DNA of 64,000 nt from Narcine bancroftii (GCF_036971445.1 NC_091473.1:206894001-206958000); one strand, 5' to 3'; shown: positions 1 through 14,215, counted from the first letter of the stretch. The notes: a model not told the origin generated them from the letters alone. Numbers and translations: made by a program.

Positions 1-1289
1 CCACAATTTCTCATTTTTCTGCAGCTATAATACAATTCCTGATTAGCATTGAAGCGACATGCCCACCCCGGTTTACCACCTACCTTATGAATTATGAAAA
101 AGCTAAAGTTAGAAAATTAATCAGCATATCATGTCCTATCGACAGCCAAGTCTCTGTCGCACCCACAACATCGTTATTTAATTTAGTGATTGTACACGGG
201 TTCTGGCCACAATTTATGTCAATGTTATGGATGGTTAATGAGACATTCAGTCGGCATGGACTGACAGTTCAAAATAATGATGAGTATCTTATAGAATCAT
301 TTAAACTTATGGAATAAATAGATCCATATACAGAATCAGGAAGATTGTTTCCACTGGCAAGATCAAGCAGATTTGGGGAAGTAAGTTTAGGATGGAGATT
401 GGGAGGAACTTATTCTCACAGAGGGTAGTTAATCAGTGGCATTTTCCTTCCAATGAAGGAAAATTGGAAGGAAAATTCTTTCCAATTTATCGTTATATGT
501 ATGCAATGTACAGACTGATATCATTTCCTCACACCCATGTACACCTATCGATCAGCCTAAATGCCTGTCTATTAAGCCATAGGTTTACAATTTATCTATT
601 TTCAAATATATCGGTTCATTTTTTTCTCTATCTGTGCTTCCACTTGTCAACTCATCCATCTATATAACCTTAATTGGAGTTGTTACTATTTTTCGATTCC
701 TTGGTTTATCCATTTATCTATCTGCTTAGATATGGTAAATGCTATCCCATTAGATTTCTATTCATTTCTTTTTTCGAGTTGCTCTCAAAAACTTGATGTA
801 TCTTTCACTTCTTGCGTGCACATTTTCCTCTTGCAGCATTCGTCAGTGCTGCAAATTATATTCTTGCACGTTCGACAAAATAAGCAAATGGAAACGTAAT
901 AATTAAGTGGGCTGATATATTATTCTTTGGGTTAAAACAATTATCACTATTGCTGTTCTTAATGTTAGAGCTACACTTCGCAATTCCAATCATGTGCGAT
1001 TTTGTCTGTTGTGTAGATTGCAGTGATGGGATAGAGAGGTTTCCATTGGATGAAATTTATAGGTTTTGCTTAGACACACTTTGTGTGTGATGGAAGCGGG
1101 AGTGACAAATGTATAACATAAGCTGGCGATTTGGGAAAGAAATACTATTTTTACAAACAATATCTTACTCTATGTATATTAAATTTACCAAGTATATTGG
1201 AAAGAGTTGATTGATGTCCTGTTCGTGTCAATCTACAGAAGTTTTTCTTCCAGTTTTGGTCTTACCATCATTCCAATTATACATTGCAG

Positions 1290-2276
1290 TGTGATGCAAT
1301 ATTTTTATATGTATTTGGGAGATAAACTGGTAAAGGTAGAGTAAGTTACATACATACATACATACATATTTTAAAACAGATGTTATTTGAAATACTGAAG
1401 AATTCATATTCAGTGATTTTACAGAAAATATGGAGAATGCTATGCACGTTTCACAAGTAGGTTCTAAGTTAAATTATGTCATGAAATGAATGGACTGGAG
1501 ACAGGTCGTCTGTGTTGAACATTTTTACAAGACATCTGACCTTTCTTCAAAGTGCTCACACAAAGGTCTCTCCTAAGTTATTGGTTATCTAAAAGCAACA
1601 AGTGGGAGCATAAAACTAACTTGTTTGTCAGAGAAGGATGGATTTTTTGCAAGTGTGAGAGAGAGAGGAGAACATATACTGGCAATTTGGATCTGAGATG
1701 GATAGACTGGACAGTCACAGCTGAAACAAGCAGGAGAAGCTGGTTGGAACTGAAATATAAGCTCAAGAGTGCTGGATGGCTGATGTTTCTCTTGGAATAA
1801 AATGAACAGAAAGGAACTCTGAGGTAGCCAGAAACAATGAGGTTATCATCTGGAGAACCTTGATGGGGCAAATTTCATCGGCAAGACATTGAGATGACTA
1901 ATGGTGGTACCTCAGTTGTGGAAATCCTGGAACAAGACATCTACAAAGTACCTTGCTGAGCAGTATACATTTACCTTTAGAGAACCAAAGCCTGGTGAAC
2001 TTTATTCATGTTAAATGCTGTGCACAGTATAAGAATTGCCTGCAACCAGTGAACTTGGAAGAATGAGAAGTGAGGTTGAACTGTGAACCAAAGAATTTTT
2101 CTTAAATTTATATACATATTACAACATACACGTGTGCTTAGAATTAGAAGGGGGTTAAGTTGGGTTATCTAAGTTAACAGAGATAAAGTTTGATACTGTT
2201 TTCATGTTTAAAGATAATTAAACCCAACTTTTGTTTAATAACTACTTGTTTTGGGGTCCTTTGGTCTCGTATAACA
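1290..2276. mobile_element. Solo LTR (probably Gypsy-type)
   Basis: 987 bp bounded by TGTGATG...TATAACA and flanked by a perfect 4-bp duplication GCAG (1286-1289 and 2277-2280). No internal coding sequence. Confidence 0.75.
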
Positions 2277-2819
2277 GCAGTGATATTTAAATCTGCTTGA
2301 GTTCGCTTCCTTGACCAACGTGTCCGAATTTCAATTCCAACTACTAATCAGCCTCTAGCAAAATGCTTCTTAAACTTTTATTTCTACTTAAATACCACTT
2401 CAGAGAATTTCTCACCAACCACAGATCGTCCTTGTATGGTACAGGTGCTATGTGGTTAGTAAGTTATTACATAAATTGAATGTGAGTGAGAATAAAAAGG
2501 CTGAGAACCACTGCTCAAGAGGAAACTTCCCAACATTTACTCTAACCCAGTTTGTTTCATTCGCTCTCTCAAGCAGATTGGTCAATTCTTGTTTTATCCT
2601 AGACACCCATGACGTTATACCCAGCTGTTTCCTTCTTTCCTCGGTCCATTTTATTCGAAAGCAAATGAACAAAACTTATCCAAAGATTCCTTTTAAACTA
2701 TAATTTTTCATTCCTGCGGGATCTTCACAACTTGACCTTTTTAAAAATCCATCCACGGTAATGACACCTCTCCTCTTCTGTGATGATACAGGTAATACAA
2801 GTGCAGCAGTGCAATAATA

Positions 2820-3070
2820 ATACAGCATACTAGCAACATGGTCAGCGCAATGCTATTACAACTACAGCGTCCCGTGTTTAAATTCGGTCCTGTCTGAAAG
2901 GAAGTTGTACATTCTCCCCCTGTCTTCGTGGTTTTGTTGCGGGTGGTCTAGTTTCATATCACTCTTCAACACGTACACGGTTTGTCGGTCAATTGGGTGA
3001 AATTGGGTGGTATGTGCTCATGGATCGAAAGGGGCTATTATTATCCTGTAACCTAAATTTAGATTTAATT
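2820..3070 (+). mobile_element. Decayed tRNA-derived SINE
   Basis: Degenerate copy of the family seen on the minus strand at 20497-20750, with a tRNA-like head, a TTGTACATTCTCCCC body motif and an AT-rich tail. Confidence 0.5.
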
Positions 3071-3386
3071 TTAAAATGCTATTTATGATATCCTGAATAG
3101 TTCATGACTGTCTTTATCACCTGTTTTGAACATGTGATATACTGGTAAAAATATGACGTCTGCGTGGAACTGCACTTCACGTAATTTCTTCTAATACAGT
3201 ATATATTACCTTCAATAATTCCACCCGCAGTAGTTCACTACATTATTCTCTGATTTAAATTTCACATCTGTTTCTCCATACAACTGATCTGACTAGCTTT
3301 TCTAATGTTTTGAAGCACGTCGCCTATTTTTGTATTATCTGCATATCTGCTTAACATCACCGTAAAGCAGTGGACGTGGGCCTGTG

Positions 3387-3582
3387 NNNNNNNNNNNNNN
3401 NNNNNNNNNNNNNNNNNNNNNNNNNNNNNNNNNNNNNNNNNNNNNNNNNNNNNNNNNNNNNNNNNNNNNNNNNNNNNNNNNNNNNNNNNNNNNNNNNNNN
3501 NNNNNNNNNNNNNNNNNNNNNNNNNNNNNNNNNNNNNNNNNNNNNNNNNNNNNNNNNNNNNNNNNNNNNNNNNNNNNNNNNN
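3387..3582. other. Assembly gap (N run)
   Basis: 196 Ns. Confidence 0.99.
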
Positions 3583-3865
3583 AAATAATCTATTTTCGTC
3601 TGTTCTTTCCTGAAAGAAATTTCGATATATTTTGCGACACTCCCTTGTAATTTATTGGATGCCATATTTTGAAAGAAGTCGCATGAAGTTTTCTTAACTC
3701 TAAGATCTCTCGGAAATCCTTGCACAAGGCATGAAATTCGTTGATTTCATCGATTCCGCCTGTTACCGTCCCAAAGACTTTAAATAATAATGTTTTTCAC
3801 TGCCTACTTTTGTTCAAGTCCCAGGCTGTTCCTGACGTGCTGCATCTCCCGAAAAATATTTATAC

Positions 3866-4014
3866 NNNNNNNNNNNNNNNNNNNNNNNNNNNNNNNNNNN
3901 NNNNNNNNNNNNNNNNNNNNNNNNNNNNNNNNNNNNNNNNNNNNNNNNNNNNNNNNNNNNNNNNNNNNNNNNNNNNNNNNNNNNNNNNNNNNNNNNNNNN
4001 NNNNNNNNNNNNNN
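3866..4014. other. Assembly gap (N run)
   Basis: 149 Ns. Confidence 0.99.
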
Positions 4015-6959
4015 AGTCTGTTACCATACATATTTTTCACATTATGGTGAATGCTCACCCGGTATAGACTCCTGGAAATTGCTATACGCAGAGAATATTT
4101 AGTCACTGTCTTTTACCTCAGATGTGATGCCAACTGAATTCTGAGTTCACGGGGGAGAGAGGTAATATTATCTTCTGTAATCCACTTTGTCAAACTGTAC
4201 ACTTGGAATCGGTAATTTGGTGTCATGTTAGGTTGTCATATTCACTAAGTCATCCATCGCTTTCGGTGATCGACAGGGAGCAGAAATACCACTATGGTTT
4301 TGATGTGGAGATTTACCCCGTGTTTTAGAGTTGGCCTTTCCGTGTTAAAACCTCTGAAATTCATGAAAGAGATAGGAATCTCGCATCGTTATCAAAATTA
4401 TATGGCCACAGCAACAGACACATTACGAAATGCTGACATTTCCATCTTCAGAAATTGATGATGAGAATGATTTAAGTGAAGGCAATCTAACACCTATTAT
4501 GATTACATTGAACTATTACTTATCGACAGACAAGTATTTGCTGGAGTAACGAGAGAATTCATGGGAAGAAATAATAAGTTAAAATTTCGATAAAACCCCT
4601 TACTATGAAGAAGGTAAAATATGGCATTACACATACAAAACGGGAAGTAAAGCAGTGGAGTGGCTCAGAGAAAATAGAATAAAAGCAGTCGGAGGTACAA
4701 AGACAGGTAAAGGGATAATAGAGGTTTGTCCCTCCAGCTTTCTCTTCCCAACTCATAAATGGTAATGATTATCATCGGATAGTTCTGATTTCTTGGAGTG
4801 TTGGTCGACGATTTTCCGGATGATACAAAACTAGCATAAAGGCAATAAAGTGCTGATGAAGTACAGTCTGAGGAAAGACGTAGACATTTTAGCGAAATCG
4901 GAGAAAACCGAAGATGGATTTGAGTGTGGAGAAATGTATAATCATCCACATGTGGAGGGAATAAAGGCAAAGACTATTTTCTAAACGAGCAATGGGACTA
5001 ATCTATTGCGTATCCTTCTGACAGAAGCATGTTCGTTCTTGATCAGGATAGGACCCGTGAGCTATGGAAGAAAGCAGGAGAATGCAGCTGAAAATTAAAA
5101 TAAATCAGCTATGATTCTATGCATTCTTAACAAAGCACATAAAATAATTAAATAATTATATTATATAATGCTCGTTAAGATCGACTACGTTCCAGCTGTT
5201 TATCAACTAAAGGGAAGAGTGGCATTTATATATCTTTACATTATGTAAATAACCTTCCTGGTCAGAAGCTTTATGGATTAGATTCCGAAATAAAAGATCT
5301 TCTATATAATCTAATGATTGTCGCTAATAAATCCAACTGTGGTTGCAGAAGCACTATTATCAAAGAAGAATAGCTCCACGGAATACTATGTGCATTAACG
5401 ATTAATCAATGGATTATTTTAAATATAGAGCAAATACTAATAGGATGACATAAATTACAGGCTAGGTGGCATGGTGACTTGTTTAAATGTCGGGTTTTAA
5501 TATACCACATTACAATTGAACCAGTTGCAGTATATATTCCTTTCTTAATTGGGCGTTTCAACATAAAAGCATCGATATAGATTTCATAGAGCTGAAAGGA
5601 ACCAAATTTTAATAAACTTTTCGGCATATACTTTTCATGACATTACTTTGATGGATAGTTTAGAATATATGGAACAGATTTACTAATATGTTGAGATTGG
5701 AGAATTTCATTATTAAGACTGATGAATGGAGTAAGAAGTTGCTACTAAATATTTTCTATTCGTTGGAGCTATCAAACGTGGTGCATGTCGCATGTATCTT
5801 TTCTGGGGTCCTCAGTTATTTTCCGTCTACGTTAACGGTTTGGATGACCATGTTGGGGGCAGGGTTAGAATATATGTGCATGCAAACATATATGTGCATG
5901 GTGTTGAAGATAGCGAAGAAGGTTATATAAAATTATCGAACCATTTAAATCAAATGTGAGAGCAGGGCAATAAAATAGGTTAAGTATTGGCAGATTATAT
6001 TTGACACGGTCAAATGCGAGATACTACATTTGCAATGTTCACCAGGTGCAGAATGGTCTAATTTAACATCATAACCCTGATTAGTGTGGTGAGTTCCCCA
6101 TTCCATAAAGATGAAGATGGAGTATTGTCATAAAAAGTGCGTTAGAGACACTACCCTTTATCGGTTAGGGTATAGCGTGTGAGAGCTGTGACGACATTTT
6201 ACTTCTGTATAAAGAATTTATGAGACTGCCTCTTGGAATATGGCCTCACCGTTTGCCATCGTGGCCGACTAATTGAATGAATTGTGTCATTAAGATGAAG
6301 AATATTTCTAAAAGGATGTCGTCCTCAACACTGATAAACTTGGGGTTTTAGAAGAGATCTGGTAATCTAGATTGGTCCTATGGCGTAGGATGCTGCGAGA
6401 TGCCATTATAAAATCTTGATGTGTCATATATGGATGAATAGCCAAAGTCCTGCCCATGTAGGGGAGCCCTGAACTTAAGCTTAAAGGGTAAGTTCTGAGG
6501 GTAAAAAATATAAGTGAAGGTAGGGGGAAAGTCTTCTAGATAAGAAGATGCAATGAGCTGCCAGACGAAGTGGTAAAATTACAAGCAGTAATATTTTTTT
6601 TAAACGTGGAATTATTTGGACCTAGACGGGATGATTGAGGAAAATGGATTTGGATACAAACGTCTGTTTGGGACTGTAAAATTGCATGGGACTCTTAATT
6701 CGAAGGAGCGCTGCACTTGGAAGTGGTGGGTTTTGACTGACCCAAGAGGGGCTGGGTGAGAATCATAATTAAATAGTTAGATATATATAATGGGAATAAC
6801 AATGGAGAGGAAATATGGTTCCACCTCGAAAGTGAACGACAGGAAATAATAAATATGCAGTAATGCAAAATAGAAGCAGATACACTTGAAATAGTTAGCA
6901 AGTAATGTATCATTAGTGGGGACTACATTATAATTAAATATCTTAACTTATTTGTTAGG

Positions 6960-9778
6960 TGGAAATCTCTGAAATTCATATATTTTAATGCCAGGAGTAT
7001 TGTAAAAAAGGTGGATGAGCTGAAGGTGTGGATTGATACTTGGAAGTATGATGTGGTAGCGATTAGTGAGACATGGTTGCAGGAGGGATGTGATTGGCAA
7101 CTGAATATCCCTGGGTTTCGTTGTTTTAGGTGTGATAGAGTCGGAGGGGCAAGAGGAGGTGGGGTTGCATTGCTTGTCAGGGAAAATATTACAGCGGTGT
7201 CTAGGAAGGAGAGATCAGAGGGCACATCCACGGAGGCTATTTGGGTGGAACTGAGGAGTAGGAAAGGAGAGGTTACACTTGTAGGGGTGTATTATAGACC
7301 ACCCGGAGGGGACCGAGACCTAGAGGAGCACATCTGTAGGGAGATAGTAGATATTTGTGATAAGCACAGGGTTGTAATTATGGGAGATTTTAATTTTCCA
7401 CATATAGATTGGGAAACACATTCTGTGAAAGGACTGGATGGGTTAGAGTTTGTGAAATGTGTGCAAGATAGTTTTTTACAACAATATGTAGAGGTGCCGA
7501 CCAGAGAAGGAACAGTGTTAGATCTACTGTTGGCAAATGGGATGGGTCAAGTGACGGAGGTTAGTGTTGGCGAGCACTTCGGGTCCAGTGATCATAATGC
7601 CATCAGCTTCAATGTCATTATGGAAAGAGAGAAATCAGGGCCAAGGATTAAGGTTTTTGATTGGGGAAAAGCTAGATTTGAGGAGATGCGAAAGGACTTG
7701 TAGGGTGTGCATTGGGACAATTTGTTTTATGGGCAGGATGTAGTAGAGAGATGGAAGTCTTTTAAAGATCAGATTTTGAGAGTGCAAAAGCTTTATGTTC
7801 CTGTTAGGTTAAAAGGAGGGGCAAAAGGTTTGAGAGAGCCGTGGATTTCAAGGAATATTGGAAACTTGGCTCGAAGAAAAAGGGAGGCGTACATTAGATA
7901 TAAGAAGCATGGAGTTAAGGAGATGTTTGAAAGATACATTGAATGTAAGAGGAATCTTAAGAGAGGAATTAGGAAAGCTAAAAGAAGGTACGAGAAAACT
8001 ATGGCAAGCAGGGTGAAAACTAATCCAAAAGAGTTCTACAAATATGTTAATGGTAAGAGGAAAGCTAGAGACAAAATTGGACCCTTAGAAAATCAGAGCG
8101 GAAAACTGTGTGTGGAGCCTAGAGAAATGGGGGAGATATTGAACAGTTTCTTTTCTTCGGTATTCACTAAGGAGAAGGATATTGGGAGATGTGAGATAAA
8201 AAAAAAGCAGATTGGATAAATATGGGGAATATAGAGATTACAAAAGGTGTAGTTTTAAGGCTTTTGAAGAATATAAAGGTGGATAAGTCTCCGGGACCAG
8301 ACGGGATCTTCCCAAGGACATTGACAGAAGTGAAGGAGGAAATAACAGAGGCTCTGGTGGTAATTTTCCAAATGTCATTAGATATGGGGATAGTGCTGGA
8401 GGATTGGCGCATTGCGCATGTGGTTCCGTTATTTAAAAAGGGTTCAAGGAGGAAGCCTGGCAACTATTGGCCTGTAAGTTTGACGTCTGTGGTAGGTAAA
8501 TTAATGGAGAAAATTCTTAGAGATAGTACTTATAAACATCTGGATAGACAGGATCTGATCAGGAGCACTCAACATGGATTTGTGGGAGGAAGGTCATGTT
8601 TGACCAATCTGATTGAATTTTTTGAAGAGGTGACTAGGAATGTGGATGAGGGTAGCGCAGTGGATGTTGTCTATATGGACTTCAGTAAGGCCTTCGATAA
8701 GGTACCACATGGAAGGTTAGTTAGGAAGGTGCAGTCTTTAGGTATAAATTTTAAGATAGTCAAATGGATTGAACATTGGCTGAAAGGGAGAGGCCAGAGA
8801 GTGGTAGTGGATAATTGTCTGTCAGGTTGGAGGCCGGTGACCAGTGGTGTGCCTCAAGGATCTGTATTGGGCCCATTGTTGTTCGTTATATACATTAATG
8901 ATCTAGATGATGGGGTGGTGAATTGGATTAGTAAATATGCAGACGATAATAAGATAGGTGGAATAGTGGATAATGAAGAAGGTTTTCAAGGATTGCAGAG
9001 GGATTTGGGCTGCTTAGAAAAGTGGGCTGAAAAATGGCAGATGGAATTTAATGCTGATAAGTGTGAGGTGCTTCATTTTGGTAAGAAGAATCAGAATAGG
9101 ACATGTGTGGTAAATGGGAGAGCATTGAGGAATACAGAAGAGCAGAAAGATTTAGGAGTGACGGTACATCGTTCCCTGAAGGTAGAAACTCACGTGAATA
9201 GGGTGGTGAAGAAGTCTTTTAGTATGCTGGCCTTTATCAATCATTGCATGGAATATAGGAGTTGGGAGGTGATGTTGAGATTGTATAAGACGTTGGTGCG
9301 GCCTAATTTGGTGTTCTGTGTGCAGTTCTGGTCGCCTAATTATAGGAAGGATATAAACAGAGTGGAGAGAGTGCAGAGAAGGTTTACCAAAATGTTACCT
9401 GGGTTTAAGCATGTAGAGTATAGGGAGAGATTGGACAGATTAGGTCTTTATTCTTTGGAGCGTAGAAGGTTGAGAGGGGATTTGATAGAAGTATTTAAGA
9501 TTATGAAAGGGATAGACAGAGTGGATGTGGATAGACTATTTCCGTTAAGAGGAGGAAAGATTAAAACAAGAGGACATGAGTTAAGAATTAAGGGGCAGAG
9601 GTTTAGAGGTAACATGAGGGGGAACTTCTTTACTCAGAGAGTGGTAGCCATGTGGAATGATCTTCTGGGAGAAATAGTGGTGGCGGAGTCAATTGTATTA
9701 TTTAAGAAAAGGTTGGACAGGTATATGGATGAGAAGAAGATGGAGGGTTATGGGCATTGTGCAGGGAGGTGGGACTAG
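6960..9778 (+). pseudogene. CR1 ORF2 (endonuclease-reverse transcriptase), two visible disablements
   Basis: ORFs 7011-7703, 7707-8219 and 8222-9778 are collinear. They are broken by a TAG at 7701-7703 and a frameshift in the A run near 8200. Confidence 0.9.
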
Positions 9779-9838
9779 AAAGGGGTGTTTCGATCGGTGC
9801 GGACTAGAAGGGCCTAATGGCCTGTTTCCGTGCTGTAA

Positions 9839-9905
9839 TTGTTATGTTATGTTATGTTATGTTATGTTATGTTATGTTATGTTATGTTATGTTATGTTAT
9901 GTTAT
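9839..9905 (+). repeat. (GTTAT)n microsatellite tail of the CR1 element
   Basis: About 13 perfect pentamer units directly after the CR1 3' UTR. Confidence 0.95.
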
Positions 9906-11309
9906 TTAAGGCTCTTTCAGGATTATTAGATTTTGTTCTGGGTTTTTATCTTCGAGTTTTAATCATTGCTGTTTTGTAACATTCATTAATGAAAAAAAAA
10001 ACATTTATGTTGAACAAAGACAATTCAACATTTATTGGAGGTCTTAATCAATTCGGGTTACGAAAGTGAAATATAAATCCAAACAGTTCACTGGGAGTGT
10101 GATTTTAAACGCAAAGTCACATATCATTAAATGTACAATTTTCGTGATTGTCAATTGTAGATTGAACTTCAACAGGCCAACGGTAAGTAAATGTGAGCAT
10201 AATATGAAGAGGAAGAAAGCCAAAGTACTTGGAAGTTCCGTTGGATAATTAAGTCTCAAATAAAATGAAAAGGTTATGTGAAGAATGTATATCAACTGAC
10301 TGCAGGTCGGGATGCTACAGTACAGGAGGATGATCTCTTAGCGTGAGTCACCAAGTAACAGACAACTATTTCCCAAAAGAGTCAATGAATGAACGATTGA
10401 TGAATATCTGAAAACATTATGTTTGCGTTTTAGGATATTTAGAATTTAAAAAATATCAAATTATGAATTATGAATTATCTCGAAGGTCATGAAGAGAATC
10501 CTTTAGAAACTTTCTCAACTAAAATCTCAACATTTTCATGAAAATTGCACTTGCGGCTCCATCAGAAAAGGAATTGGAAGAAATCTCCGCAGCCACTTTA
10601 TTTCAAACGGTTCCTTCATCGATTTTCAGTCCTCCTGAGCGAACAACTGAAATGTATGCCCTCTAATATTGAAGTATTATTTGTCCGTTGGAACATCTCG
10701 ATCAGCCAACTCGAATCATAAATTATGTTTCGAATTTCAAAAGAGTCACCAAATATCTCAATAGATCACGTGCACCATCTGCCAAGAATTCCTTACGAGT
10801 GCAGATCCTATATAAAATTGAAGAAGGGAATTGAAAGAATGCTGGTGAAGTTTTAAATATTTGAACGTGATTAAATGGTAAACCCGTAGAAAATTCACAA
10901 CCCCCACAAAGCCCAATTATCACTTCTCCCTATGTACGTTCACCGAATTGTCAATATGCTAGCATTTCACAACTTTAAAGTTAGAGCTGCCCTTATAGCC
11001 AGCATGAAAATTATCCTTCAGAGCACCTGCATAAAATTGGTATGCCATATTTGTGATACGTTTGCCAGGCACAAAATTGAATGTATCTGAATATCATCCT
11101 ATGAGATATTTATTTTAACTAACCGGTAGAAAGCGTACCCTGTGTCAAATCTACTTTACAATATGGAGAATTACAAACCCGTCGACATATTAAGGGTAAA
11201 CTCAAAAAAAACACGCTGGAGTGGAGTCCTTGGGTTTGTATATACTAGGTTGCTTTGTACAGTGAACATTTTCAGAATGTTGATCAATCGCGCTTCAATC
11301 ATAAGTTGA

Positions 11310-13080
11310 AACTGTAGCGAAATGTTGCATTTATTTTAACACGAGGAATATTATAAACAAGGATGATGAGGTTAGAGCATTGATTAATACTAGGTGCTAT
11401 GATGTAGGGCAATTACAGAAAATTGGATGGGTCAGGGACAGGTCTGCATACTTCCATGACGCATTTTGGATGTTTCAGAAAGGATAGGGAGGGAGAAAAA
11501 AAGAGGTGTCACTGCTGCAGAAAAGGTGGACGTAATGGAGCATTGTCCACGGAGTCTCTTTGGGTGGAGGTTAGGACAGGAAGGGTCAATAGCTTCCCTG
11601 GGTGTTTTACAGGCCGAACAATACGAACAGGGAAACATATTCTGTAAAGGTGTAGTAATATTCTCCTGATGGGAGAATTTAATTTTGCAAATATAATTTG
11701 GCATCTCCATAGCGAGAAGGATTTATATGGGGTGAAGTTTGTTATGTGTGTTCAGGAAGGATTCTTGCACTTTACGTAGATGGGGAGAGTCTGAACTTGA
11801 TCTGGTGTTGGAAAGTTAATCGGTTCAGGTGTCAGAGCTCTCAGTGGGAGATCATTTGTGAGATTGTGATAATACTTCTATCTACTTTGCAATAGCATTG
11901 TAGAGAGAGAGGAATAGGCAAGTTAGAAAAACGTTTGAGTGATGTAAGTGGAAATATGAGATTTTCAGGCAGGAAAATTGAAGCTTAAAAGGGGAACGGA
12001 TCTATTCAAGGAAAGGCACGGAAGAAATGTGGATATTAGTGTGAAGTTCTTCAAGGGTACATTCCAATTTTGAAAGGGAAGTTACAATAGGGTACAGAAA
12101 CCGTGGTGTACAAAGCCTGTAAAAAATCTAGTCAAGAAGAAAATTAAAGCTTACATAAGTTTTAGACAGTTAAGTAATGTTAGAGATCCATAAAATCACA
12201 AGGCTAACGGGGAAAAAGTCCTTAAAGGAAATTAGGAGAGCCAGAATTGTCCGTGAAAATGCCCTTGGTGGGCAGGAATAAAGAAAGGCACAAGGCAATC
12301 CATAGGTATGTGAAGTGCAAGCAGATATGACTTGAATGAATAGAAGTTGTGAAGTGTGGTTGTGGTGGGAAAGTGTGTATGGAACCAGAGTAAATCGCAG
12401 AGGTAATTAATTAATATTTTTCTTGAATATTCACTATGGAAAATGATCTTGGTGATTGTAGTGATGCCTTGCAGCAGACTGAAAATCTTCAGCATGTAGA
12501 TATTAAGAAAAGGGATGTGTTGGAGATTTTAGAATGTATAAAGATGGATACATCGCCGAAACTGAATGAGATATAGCCTGGGCCACTGTAGGAAGCAAGG
12601 GAGGAGATTCATGAACATTTGATGATGATGTTTGCATCATCAATGGGGGTGAGAGAGGTACCTAAGGATTAGAGGTTTCTGGATACGGTTGAAAGGGAGC
12701 AAAGATACCCAAGGACATTATATATCAGTAAGGCTTACTTCAGTGTTTGTTAAGTTGGTGAAAACGATGCTGAGAGGCAGTATTTATGAACATTTGAAGA
12801 GGTATAATATAATTAGGAATAGTAAAAGTGGCTTTGTCAAGGGCAGGTCGTGCCTTACGAACCTGATTGAATTTTTGAGTATGCATTAAACACATTTATG
12901 AAGGAAGAGCAGTAGAGTAGGGTATATGGATTTCAGCAAGGCATTTGATAAGGTACCCCATGCAAGGCTTATTGAGAAAGTGGGAAGCATGGGATCCAAG
13001 GGGACATTGCTTTGTAGATCCGGAAGTGGCTTGCTCACAAAAGGCAAAACGTAGTTGTAGACACATCATATTCTGTTGGA
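11310..13080 (+). mobile_element. Old decayed CR1 ORF2 fragment
   Basis: Remnants TESLWVEV, GFVKGRSCLTNLIEF and DFSKAFDKVP, with many stops and frameshifts. Confidence 0.85.
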
Positions 13081-13548
13081 GGTTGAGAAATCCTTACTCT
13101 CACAATTACCTTTCTCTTTCAAAACAATTTCAGAAGCATCTGGCAAATCTCTTTCAACTGGATCTTCTTCATCTCTCAATAATTTCTTAGACGTGGACCT
13201 TGTTACTGCACACGCAGCATATATCTCACAATTCTCTTCCACCTCATCTTTCCTAGGCCTACTTTTTAATCACAAATTCTCCCAAATATATATACTCCAT
13301 TAAATTGCAAATTGGAAAAGATGGTTAAATAATTGAAAGGAGAAATTACATTCTTTAAGCATTTTACATACGACATTGCCCTCTTGACGTCCACAGATAT
13401 ACCCCGGATGCCGATCTTCAAGAAAAGAAGGTCCTTATGCCTATGTGATCTGGCCTCTATGTGAGTCGATACCGACATAGCTGTTGTTAACTGCATTGCC
13501 CTCTGAAAATACTATGTTATATCTCAACACGTAATATGCGTTACTAAT

Positions 13549-14215
13549 TTTTTTCTTTGGCTTGGCTTCGCGGACGAAGATTTATGGAGGGGGTAAAAAA
13601 AGTCCACGTCAGCTGCAGGCTCGTTTGTGGCTGACAAGTCCGATGCGGGACAGGCAGACACGATTGCAGCGGTTGCAAGGGAAAATTGGTTGGTTGGGGT
13701 TGGGTGTTGGGTTTTTCCTCCTTTGCCTTTTGTCAGTGAGGTGGGCTCTGCGGTCTTCTTCAAAGGAGGTTGCTGCCCGCCAAACTGTGAGGCGCCAAGA
13801 TGCACGGTTTGAGGCGTTATCAGCCCATTGGCGGTGGTCAATGTGGCAGGCACCAAGAGATTTCTTTAGGCAGTCCTTGTACCTTTTCTTTGGTGCACCT
13901 CTGTCACGGTGGCCAGTGGAGAGCTCGCCATATAATACGATCTTGGGTGGAGCGCTTACACCCCTAACGTCGAAGTACTCGAGATGGCAGAGGTCGACAG
14001 CATCGAGTCCACGCTGCTGAAGATCCAGCTGCGCTGGATGTGTCACGTCTCCAGAAATGGAGGACCATCGCCTTCCCAAGATCGTATTATATGGCGAGCT
14101 CTCCACTGGCCACCGTGACAGAGGTGCACCAAAGAAAAGGTACAAGGACTGCCTAAAGAAATCTCGGTGCCTGCCACATTGACCACCGCCAGTGCCATCC
14201 TCAACATCCATTGGA
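13549..14215 (-). mobile_element. RTE-clade LINE 3' fragment with inverted 5' part
   Basis: Minus-strand RTE C-terminus (PKIVLYGEL..GAPKKRYKDCLK..CNRCNRVCLSRIGLVSHKRAC), with 13948-14215 in the opposite orientation. 11-bp TSD GCGTTACTAAT at 13538-13548 and 14216-14226. Confidence 0.9.

Larger units (their letters stand above)
6960..9905 (+). mobile_element. CR1-clade LINE, 5'-truncated at about the ORF2 start, young copy
   Basis: APE endonuclease motifs (FNARSI, ISETW, GVYYRPP, MGDFNFP, LDLLL, SDHN) followed by RT motifs (YMDFSKAFDKV, GVPQGSVLGP, YADD), a CR1-type C-terminus and a (GTTAT)n tail. Confidence 0.95.

Noticed and set aside
83-127. Leader-like minus-strand peptide MLINFLTLAFS before a GTAGG donor
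   Set aside because: It has an in-frame stop and the wrong intron phase, and any V exon would lie outside the window.
1062-1170. GGTTTTGCT-12-GTGTGTG followed by an FGKE-like frame (possible J)
   Set aside because: Poor heptamer, no FGxG motif, excessive distance and no splice donor.
3357-4106. ORFs spanning N runs (also 15448-16005)
   Set aside because: Artefacts of translating through gaps.
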